Shown here: positions 1 to 10,097 of the stretch, piece after piece
Layout: the number at the start of each line of letters is the position of its first letter
How positions within the stretch are numbered: position 1 is the first letter of the stretch
Assembly (NCBI GenBank): GCA_965649765.1
Contig: OZ287751.1
Coordinates: forward strand, 80,166,001-80,230,000
Origin: Bispira polyomma
Taxonomy: Eukaryota
Reading direction: 5' to 3'
Length of the DNA stretch: 64,000 bases
Notes under the pieces: generated by a model
The model's input: only the letters and a program-made list of their open reading frames with translations
Database searches by the model: none
Told to the model about the DNA's origin: nothing
Made by a program: the position numbers and the translations under genes

Positions 1-1511
1 AATTATGACTTTAACATAGTATGCCAATATCTTGAATACGGCTTCCCCCTTTCACTCGACTATGAAAATTTCCAATATAATACTAAGGTACAGAATCAGG
101 CTTCGGCTGTAAAGTTTCCACAGCATGTCAACACATACTTGCACACTGAAGTCGGGTATAAGGCCATTATAGGCCCCCTTGATACAAGTCCCTTTCACAA
201 GTTACATGTATCGCCAATGATGACCCGCCCCAAGCCAGATGGCAGCAGACGAATTATTGTAGATTTATCTTGGCCAAAAGACAACAGTGTCAATAGTGCT
301 ATTCCAAAGAATGTGTTTGATAACATAGCGTTTAAGTTACAATACCCTACTATTAATAATGCCCTTCTAGGCTCTGAAGCTCTACTTTTTAAAATAGATC
401 TAAAAAGGGCATATAGGAACCTTAGAAGTGACCCCTTTGATTACTCAGTCTTAGGTTTAAACTGGGAAGGCAAATACTATGTAGACGTTAGCATACCCTT
501 CGGGTTAACTTCAGGCGCATGTGCGTGGCAGATGTCCACAGACTGTATAACATATTTAATGCATTCTGAGGGATATTGGGTATGCTCTTATTTGGATGAT
601 TGTCTGGGTATTGCGCTTCCAGAAAAGGCTAACAGCGCCTTCCTTTCCCTCAAAAATCTAATTTTAGATCTGGGTTTACCCATTAATCAAGAAAAATTAG
701 ACCAACCTTCAGAGAGCATGACGTGCCTGGGTATCAATGTCAACGCCAAAACGGTTATTCTAACTATACCTCCCCCCAAGTTAAAGGAAGTAAAAAACAT
801 CTGCATTAAATGGAGAAATAAAACAAAAGCTACCCGTAAAGAATTGCAGCAATTGTTGGGAAAACTTATTTATATTCACAGATGTGTAAGGCCGGCAAGG
901 TTATTTGTTAACCGTATCCTAGGAGTCCTTAGGGGAACCCCCCAACACTCAGCGGTATCATTGACTGAAGCTTTTCATAAAGATATAAATTGGTTCTGCT
1001 TTTTCCTAGAACAATACAATGGGGTGACAGCCATACACAAGGTTAATTCTCCAGCACAACAGGTTTATATTGACGCCTCCTTACAAAGCTTGGGGGCTTA
1101 TTGGGACAATAAGGTATACACAATAGATATTCCCTCCCATTATAAAAATAACTTCACAATTGTTCATTTTGAGATGTGTAATATATTAGTGGCATTTAGG
1201 CTATGGGCACCAAAATGGGTCAACTCAAGAATTTGTATACACTGTGACAATCTGGCAGTAGTTCACGTTCTTAACAAATTTAAAGGCAGGGACACGTTTT
1301 TAAATGCCTGTGCTAGAACACTATGGCTAATGCAGGCGGCCTATAATATTGACATTTCAGTTCAGCATGTGGGGTTCATAACACATACGCAGACATACTT
1401 TCGCGTTGGGGGCACTATTGTAACTTTCCAGGAGCTGAAGTTCAGCACCTAAAGAATTGCCAATGGTTTTTCATAAATCCAGAATGGTTGTGTCCTAATT
1501 ATTCAATTTGA
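1..1511 (+). pseudogene. Reverse transcriptase / RNase H of the DIRS-order element (5'-truncated by the window, frameshifted near 1370)
   Basis: Frame 1 is open from base 1 (YLEYGFPL). Motifs: RIIVDLS, FKIDLKRAY, IPFGL, YLDD, LLGKL, YIDAS, HCDN. After the G-run at ~1371-1374 the RNase H tail VHNTYADILSRW continues in another frame to TGA 1509-1511. Confidence 0.93.
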
Positions 1512-2498
1512 TAATCGTAGGTAACCCACTGGCAAGGGCACTCCTTACAGATGTCAACCGCAGGATCACCACAGGCTTTAGGCGCAGAACTTCTACAGCT
1601 TACCATGCAAAATTCAGGAGTTATACAGCCTTTCTCGTACACTTGCAAATCAACTCCCCTCACGACTTACTATCGGTACTATTGTTTATAGAATACTTAG
1701 CACAGCAAGGCCTCAGATCACAGACCCTCCAGGGTTATGTCACAGTCCTCAAGCACACATTTCATATGTATGGGTTCCCTACTCATATCTTTTCACATAA
1801 AAAGATTACACTCATGCTCAAAGCAGTCGCACACAATGCACCCCTCAGGTTTCACATAAAAGTGGTTCTTTCCATTCAAAAGCTAACACAACTCATCTCA
1901 CAAATAAAACAATTCCCTGGGGCTGATGTGTATAAGGCTATTATATTGCTCGGCTTCTTTGGGTTTTTCAGGTTAGCCACACTGGTACCCACTAAAGTAT
2001 CCCTCTTCCAGCCTTCAAGGTTCCCCACCCCAAGGGATGTAGTATGGGGCCCCCCAGGTGCACATTTCTTAACAAAATGTGCAAAGAATATGCAGGTTTC
2101 GGGACAGGTCCAAGTTGTCCAAATACCTGCACTGCCAGGCTCCCCTCTATGTCCTGTACAGGCCCTAAAGGCCATTACACCATCACCATCCACTTCAGAT
2201 AAAGCCCCCCCTTTTCCAGTTTAGTAGAAATCACAGCATCAATGTAGTCACTGCTTACCAGGTCAGAAAAGTCCTTTCACAAGCTATCAAAAACATCGGC
2301 TTACAAACATCGGAATATGGCTTTCACGCCTTAAGACGTTCAGGGGGCTCATGGGCATTCGACCACGGGATAGACATGGATTATATAAAGGTACATGGCG
2401 GCTGGCGCTCAGATGCTATATGGAAATATCTTGTCAAAACACCTGAGGTTTCTGGTTCCGTAGCAAGGGCTTTTTACACACACCTACAAACAGAATAG
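1508..2498 (+). pseudogene. Tyrosine recombinase of the DIRS-order element (one extra base in the C7 run at 2205-2211)
   Basis: GFFGFFRLATL (catalytic R) and LCPVQAL. Removing one C gives APLFQF...YGFHALRRSGGSWAF...KVHGGWRSDAIWKYL...TE*, restoring the H-x-x-R, H/W and Y catalytic residues, with stop at 2496-2498. Confidence 0.92.
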
Positions 2499-2528
2499 AA
2501 TACAACAATTAACTACAATGGGTTTGGT

Positions 2529-2923
2529 AATTTACATTATATACATATTAAAATTCATACTTAATGTACATAGTTTTAGTTGATAGTCACGTAGAATGTA
2601 GTGTAGGTAATCTTCAGTTTGAGAACACCTCAAACTCAACAACTTAAGGGCACCTTAAGTGCAGTTTAAGGAAACCATAAAACAGAATGTGCATATTCTC
2701 ATTACTTAAGGGTAACCTTGAATAGTAGGCAACGTTAGGGTGAACGCAAACAGGTTGCTTAGATCTTATGGTAACCTCATACTGGGGATTGCATAATAGT
2801 GTTTAAATTGTGTGTGTGTGTATTTTAATAAAATCCAAACGAGTTAACATGTTGTTCTTACTGTGTCTGCATCTTGCCTTTCTATCCAACTTAACTAAGT
2901 CCACATAACTGGGGAGAGACTGT
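2529..2923 (+). repeat. Split direct repeat B1
   Basis: Near-identical to 3636-4033 (about 5 substitutions and 2 small indels); contains AATAAA at ~2827. Confidence 0.95.
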
Positions 2924-3635
2924 AAGTTGAACGCGTGCCTTATAAAGGCTAGCGTCAGGTGTCAGTCTCTCTCCCTGTCACATTGATGCTCATTAGCAAG
3001 TTTACCCATAAGACATTATTTCCTGCCAAAAAACCCCAGGTTTGGGGGCCCAAGCATTACATACACCATTCTGGAATAAATGATTGGAAGGTGTGGATCA
3101 AAAAACTCCCACCCTCTTCACCCTCAATAGTAATTTCCATTAAAGGCAACATGTATGCACGTTCACATCCTTTTTTCTCTGTCGTGGTTACTAATTGCGC
3201 CATGTACGTATGCATAATGTACAGGTCTTAACGAGGCCTGCTCTTCGGAGCATATCAGCCTTTTTCAAGGCTCAGCCTTTGCAGGGTTGGTTCACTGTAT
3301 TTTCCTTATCATAGCTGTTTTAGTTTTTTAGTCTACTTTTTTAGTTTTACATGTCTGATTGTGGTGCCATGTGCCTTGCGTGCCGCCGCAGGCGGGTTCT
3401 GAACCCGGATCCGTGTGGTACTGGTTCTCGGCTTGCATCTACACCCTGGTGTAGGCTACCAGGGACCAAAGCTCTGCAGCCGGGAACCTTTACTGCTAGG
3501 CGAATAGGTGCCGTAGGACCCGGGTTCAGAGCCGGCCTATAGTGGTTTCGCGGTGTTTGATACTTCATATCACTATGAGTACAGTATATGTAGGTAGTTT
3601 ACATTATACATAGGTAATTTACATTATATACAGGC
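2924..3635 (+). repeat. Presumed repeat A2 (copy of the element's 5' terminal repeat, contains promoter-like motifs)
   Basis: Lies between B1 and B2; TATAAA 2941-2946 and TCAGTC 2962-2967. The matching A1 copy is not in the window. Confidence 0.7.
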
Positions 3636-4033
3636 AATTTACATTATATACATATTAAAATTCATACTTAATGTACATAGTTTTAGTTGATAGTCACGTA
3701 GAATGTAGTGTAGGTAATCTTCAGTTTGAGGACACCTCAAACTCAACAACTTAAGGGCACCTTAAGTGCAGTTTAAGGAAACCATAAAAAACAGAATGCG
3801 CATATTCGCATTACTTAAGGGTAACCTTAAATAGTAGGCAACGTCAGGGTGAACGCAAACAGGTTGCTTAGATCTTATGGTAACCTCATACTGGGGATTG
3901 CATAATAGTGTTTAAATTGTGTGTGTGTGTATTTTAATAAAATCCAAACGAGTTAACATGTTGTTCTTACTGTGTCTGCATCTTGCCTTTCTATCCAACT
4001 TAACTAAGTCCACATAACTGGGGGAGAGACTGT
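3636..4033 (+). repeat. Split direct repeat B2 (3' terminus of the element)
   Basis: Second copy of 2529-2923; identity ends after GAGAGACTGT; AATAAA ~3936 followed by a GT-rich tract. Confidence 0.95.
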
Positions 4034-6307
4034 TGCTAAATGGTAATGCATTTCTCTCTCAAGTGAGATTCCTTACAAAAAGAAAGTTTCAAAGTAAAAC
4101 TGCTCACATCAAACACTCGAGCTCTCTATTGCCCTACGCAGATATATAGAACCATTTTATTATAACAAGGTACCAGTCCTTTGATGTTTTTCAGGGGCAG
4201 GTTCTCACCAGTTAAATCGGCTGTGGTTTCCACCTGTGAATTAAATCTTAATCTGGCACCACTTTACATACCTGCCATAAAGGAACTTGTGACAAGAAGA
4301 GAGATACGCCAAATTAAACTTTTTATGTCCCCAAAATTTCACTACATTTACTTTATCAGAGCCAATAAACTGCATGCAGATTTTTTTGGGTGGGCACTGA
4401 GATATATGTAGTGGCTATAGTTTTATACCAGAACTATTGTTAAGAGTAACCTTATTGAAAATTATAACTTTTCCATTATCATTGACATGCAGTTATATAT
4501 TTTCTCTTTTACGTATACATGTAATTTAATTTGCAGTTTATGTCAATATTGATGCTGGCCGATAGTTTTTTTAAGCTTACCCTCGATTGTAGTATAAACA
4601 ATGAACTGGACATTTTGTCTCTTTTTATGTTAAAATTTGAGATGTTTTATCAGAATAAGCCTAACCTTAACCCATATGGATATAATATTAGCACTTTGTA
4701 TGCACAATTACAGCTATTAAAGTATGTATAGAAGGTTTAAATATGCGTCCCTAAGATATGTTGGAGGGGCTCTTGTGGTCTAAATTAAACAGGTGCATTT
4801 ACCCAAAAGTAAGTTTAAAAAAAAAACACTTGTCATAAATCTAATACACAAACATCAAAGAAATGTGAAATGTAAAAGTCATGAGAAAAAATTTCCCCTA
4901 CTTTTACTGTTGAAAGTATTTTATTAGTTTCTTTTGGGTGTTGAATAGCACAGATATGTTGTTGTAAAACTGCGACTAATTAAAGCATTTGACAATGTTT
5001 GTTCACCCGGATAATTTCATTTTTATAATAATTGGATAGATTAATTTGTGTGAATGACATCAAAAAAGGGGGAAATTTTTCAGGGTTAAGTGAAATATAT
5101 GAATACCACATTACACTGTATAAATGCCACTTTATGAAAGAATAAAAGAGAAAACTACAATAGAACGAGTACACATAATTTAACAGACTTAGAAGATGTG
5201 ACCATAATGGGTTAAGATTTTTCTTCTCAATAGTGTTTATCAATGTCTTTAATCATCATAATAAAACACTTGAGCCTACCCTCCACATAGTTGGTGTGAT
5301 TCTGCATACTTCTACTGTTAAGTATATTTTCTAACAGTTGATGGACATGCAGTATAACTTTCTACGAGTTTGTCAAGTACAAGACTTGCTGTTCAGGAAT
5401 TCTTGGTTAAATAAATGACAAAAGGTCATAAGTGCTTTAGAATTAGTGACGTGTAATTTTTGTTCCAAATTAGTAGTTCAAGAGTGGAACCTGTAGAATT
5501 GTAAACCCTTCAGTAAAAGCTAGTTAACAGATAACTTGGTGTGAACATATCTATTGAATGTAAAATGTATATTATAACAATTAGTAGTTTATTTCACTAG
5601 AGAATAATTATACATTCGTTGACACTTTCTTCTCATCCATTTCCATGTATGTATTAAGTCCATACATCTACAACTAAGATAAATGAACTATTACAATTAC
5701 ATAATTCAGGCCATTTAAACATAAAACTATACATATTCCCTAAGCTTTGTTACTACTACAGGTAAAATTACACTTGACGTATTTGTAATACAAAAATACA
5801 CATGCATAGTACAAGTTTATTTTAGATATAATTTAAAATACTAATACAATAGGCATAAATATGAGACATTCTGTAAAGCTTCCACAAAATCTAAGTCATG
5901 AAAGAACCATCAAATGTAAAACTGAAATCATACTATCTAAAGCGATATTAGTTTTGGTCAATATTGTGAAGACCAAATATATTACTGGTATAATAAATCA
6001 GTGCAATTTTTACTGGAAACCACACTAAGGCAAGTACATGAACTTTGCAGCAAACTGTTCTAGTTAGTTAGCACGAATGACAAAACTGTATCAAATTGGT
6101 CATTTTCACTGAGAATTCCTTCTAGCCATTTTCTTTATTAAAAGACAAGGGACAGTGAGAATTACTGAAAATGTGAACAATGTGTTAATCTTTTAAATCC
6201 AATGGCCAATGATGTGAACATGTTATTTTTAAAAAGGTTATAAAATGCATTTTTGGCATTCAATAAAGACATTTAGTAGTAAAAATTATCTAGTTCAGCT
6301 CTCTGAA

Positions 6308-6668
6308 CTCATGTGACCTAGTGGTATGGGAGTTGGTCTGATGATTTGAATGTCCCTAGTTTAAACCCCATATTAGTAGAAATAGTACATCATGGTCCAG
6401 GACAACATTGGTACCGGTGTCCAAGGCAACAGTTCATCTCCTAGTAACACCATCATGGTCATTAGGGGATACAATCATTGTGCAAAGATGTGAACATGGC
6501 ACTATTAGCCTAATAATGACAACCAATTCGGCTATGTATTATGATCATAGTTTAATGGTTAATTGATTCTGATGTTGCACTTTAGAAAATGCCTTGCACC
6601 AATAATGTACAGTAAATGATTAATCGATTCCGATGTTGCGTTTTAGAAGATGCCTTGCACCAATAAGG
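6308..6668 (+). mobile_element. tRNA-derived SINE family A (CORE-like centre, L2-like tail), tail duplicated
   Basis: A-box-like TGACCTAGTGG, GGAGTTGGTCTG head, GCAAAGATGTGAAC centre, tail GCACTTTAGAAGATGCCTTGCACCAATAA; similar to many other copies in the window. Confidence 0.75.
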
Positions 6669-6857
6669 CTTGGTAAAAAAAAATCAAATCTACCATACAA
6701 CTGATCCCTTACATTTTATCCAGTAATCAGTTTCAAATTATGGTTTTGACATACATAGTATAATCTGGCTCTCCTGGACGTCCCAAATATTATCCATAAT
6801 GTTCACATATATTTAAGTACTATTTATTATAGCAGGTATATCAACATTGCAGCTTAA

Positions 6858-7676
6858 GGGGGGGTTCCACATCCAAGTTCGATCGGCAAAATGGGCCCGA
6901 TTTTAAAGTCGGGAAGGTCGGGGCGAAAAAATCAATATAATCCATTTTTGGATGGGAAAATTCATGTGTGGGGCAGCCTTCTCGATCGAATGGGATGCTG
7001 ACCCCGATCTTACTTGAACCAGGATGGGATCGAACTTACTAGTGATAGAATCTGACGTATCGCCCTAGGATCGAACATATCGCCAATAGGATCTCACGGA
7101 TTCACCACCCAGACCATAAAGATCGAACGTATAAAAGACAAAGTCGGGACTGTTATTGTATATAAATATAGATGACAAATGAGGTGTATTTAATGAAATA
7201 AAAGAAATAATACCTGTTTAGACCTCATTTTTGATGGAAGTTTGTTTTAAATAACAGCAAAAAAATTCATCGTTTGCGTACATGAACTGTACCAAAAGTG
7301 GGTTCGATGTTGCAAAGGTAAGGTAAACTTTTAAACTGATTTCCGTTATCGGGACTGACAAAATGGGCTTTTGTATGTGTCTCCATACATAAACTCCTCC
7401 CGACCTTCCAGACCACCCCGTTTTTGCCCCCGACCTATACGTTTCGACGGGCCAGCGTTAGAACAGGTCGGCAGTGCGCCCCGACCTATCCGACAGAAAG
7501 TATTGACTTTGAGGTCCGGGACCAAAAGTCGGGACTATTTTCAAAATTTTAAACTTTTTTGATATTCTTCCCGACCTTCCCGACCACCCTGTTTTTGCTC
7601 CGCAACCTCCCCATACGTGTCTCCGATCTCAAAATAGTGGAGGTTGGGGAGCAAATCCTGAATGTGGAACCCCCAC
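6858..7676. mobile_element. Non-autonomous TIR DNA transposon (PIF/Harbinger-like)
   Basis: Terminal inverted repeats GGGGGTTCCACAT / ATGTGGAACCCCC, TAA on the left flank, many GTCGGG / CCCGAC and GATCGAAC subterminal motifs, CpG-rich relative to the flanks. Confidence 0.75.
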
Positions 7677-7779
7677 TTCAGAGTTTAGCTGTAATTTAGC
7701 TGTGAGAAGAAAAATTTAAGAAAAAAATATATCGGATTGGGACATTATACTACTTTTCTGGATAGGCCAAGTCCAGCTA

Positions 7780-8000
7780 TAGCCGATGCCAGCTTACATA
7801 AACTGATGAAGGCCACTCAAAATCTAAGTATATGTTTTACATATAAAAGTAAGAACCTGTCACTATTAATTCGTGAACCCTTATTTATCAAAATTCTTAA
7901 ACTTAAACTAAAACTCAAATTCTACATGGAAAAAATGTCCTTTTGAAAATGAGAATAATATTAGATATGGGACCATTCATTTCAGAAGAGCTTTCGGCGA
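7780..8000 (+). mobile_element. Possible degenerate Penelope-like (GIY-YIG C-terminus) remnant
   Basis: Translation LLIREPLFIKILK resembles the L-x-I-x-E-x-L-x-I-x-x-L-K-P end of PLE endonucleases; short and decayed. Confidence 0.3.
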
Positions 8001-9814
8001 GGAACTAAAACATGAAGTCAGATTTTAAATATGTTAGGAGACAACATTGTGTACTTTTATATTTAATATTATTTTTGTGAGTTTAAGTTGAAAAACTTTT
8101 GATATAAATCCGGGGTTTAGATGTAGACATGAACTAAGTACAAGTATGGAGAAAGTGACATATGTATGTGTTTGTCTAATTTAAATACAATATATATATA
8201 TAAAAAACAATAAAGTGTCAATGATCTACCTGAATAGAAAGAACAGGGTAATGATTCTGACATTGATGACAGTAATATAGACTGGAATATGTGGTTATAT
8301 CTACCGTAAACTAGGTGATTATGTCTACCCCAGCGTGTAATGTGATGTGACGGTAATATGTGGGTATATATATATACAGAGATCTGATTTGACACTTAGA
8401 ATTACTGAATTGTGAAAAAACAACCCCTGTTTGAGATAAATATGTCATCGCTAAATTGATTTGATGAAACCAACTATCAACTTGCTGAAATTGGCAGGAG
8501 TGTGCATCTGATCTTTATCAAGATTTGATGACAAACATGTATTTCCATTGCCTGTAATCTTTGTTTAAAAGACATGGAGCTACAGACAATAGAATAGCTT
8601 TAAAAAAAGTGATACAGGTTCTAGTGAAGACAGTCAGCTCACTCAATGTGGAACTCTGTTAATTCAATTTTACTTTTATGTAGACAAATAAATTGCATTT
8701 TTTTTTGTAAAAATGTATCTTTATTTAAGTGAAACTATTACCTTTCTATGTGGAGAAACATATGTAATCTTACAAAGAACACTTTGCCTAAAAATGTACC
8801 TGTTAAGTGGAAATCCTGCTTGGGTAGATATATTTTTCCTTGTGTGTTTACGGTTTAAGCCGGTTTTCTTTAAAGGGGTTATATATGTCTTGTGTTTGAT
8901 TTTTTGTTATATTAAATTTTTCTCAATCTTGAAAATCATCAAGAAAAGTGTTTCTGAGCATAAGTGACTTCAGGTTCTAAAATGTATTGCATCTGAGAAG
9001 CTGAAACAGAAGATGATATAATATAATAGATTTTGAACACGCATAATTGATGCCAGGCATCTTCAAAAGCCAAACAACATTGACGATGTGCCAAAAATCA
9101 CAGTCTTTAGTAATGTAAGATGAGATGGCTAGTTAAGGGGGTGACTTTTTAACTTTCAAAAAGTTTGTAATTTGACTTATGTCCCCTGTAAGTCTGAACT
9201 ATTATTAACTTAGTTCAATCAACCACTGCTTAAAACATACAATCACATAAACATACATACTTCTTAACCTACTCTAAAACTAGGAAGTGTTAACACAAAA
9301 ACCCTTTCTTCTGACAAGACTGAAGAACCTCGCTTTAATTAAAGCTTAAACCCCAAGTACATAGGTCTGGTGAAGTGGGGTAGGGGGTTTGGGTAGGTGA
9401 TAGGGACTCCAGAGCCGGAAATAAATAGAGATCTCCATTGAGACAGTAGTCAACCCCCGGGGGGAATTGGGGGGTAAGGTTGATATGGTGGGCCAGGGAC
9501 GTGGGTACAGAAGACTGGACACTAGTCTTTCTTAGGCGTATCATATGTAATGTATTCGAAATAAGTTTTATTATTATTTTTGATTCAGTGATAATAACAC
9601 TATACACCATCTTACATACCAGGAATAAATCTATATTTTAAAGAAAAACATGTTGATTTTCACCTATAGATTTAATTTAAATATCGTGGAATATGACCAC
9701 TTTTAAAAAATTGTATTTAATACAAAATACTCATAGTTTACCTATGTATATAATAATACTTGGTAACATAGAGAAAGTAATTTTTATCTCTGACAAGGAC
9801 GTCTTTTCCTGTAA

Positions 9815-10097
9815 GTTTGTGTGTGTTAGTTTTGTCACCAGAATTACACAAAACTACTGAACCGGTTTGCACAAATTTAAATATAGTTGGAATTTACGTC
9901 GCTTTGATAGCCAGATTAAATGGTGGAGCAAAACAGTGCTGAAGCACTAAAACCACCGACCTACAGCAAGTACCTGACAAACTCTTCCACATAAAGGAGC
10001 AAACATAAAATGTGTGTATTTGTTTGGAGTTTTTTTTATTTTGTTTTGGACTGTGACACATTGACGGACGTATGCACTCTGCTGAGTGCTCTAGTAT
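9815..10097 (-). mobile_element. Helentron-associated (HINE/DINE-1-like) non-autonomous element
   Basis: Minus strand begins ACTAGAGCACTCAGCAGAGTGCATACGTCCG and ends with the CAGTAGTTTTGTGTAATTCTGGTGACAAAACTAACAC block shared with other copies. Confidence 0.55.

Larger units (their letters stand above)
1..4033 (+). mobile_element. Tyrosine-recombinase (DIRS-order) retrotransposon with split direct repeats (Ngaro/PAT-type); 5' part lies outside the window
   Basis: RT/RNaseH followed by YR coding region, then a ~395-bp repeat (2529-2923) that recurs at 3636-4033 with a unique ~710-bp segment between them, i.e. B1-A2-B2. Confidence 0.92.

Noticed and set aside
2529-4033. Hammerhead ribozyme in the retrotransposon repeats
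   Set aside because: A minus-strand CUGAAGA exists (~2611 and ~3718) but is not followed by stem II and GAAA; no complete core found by eye.
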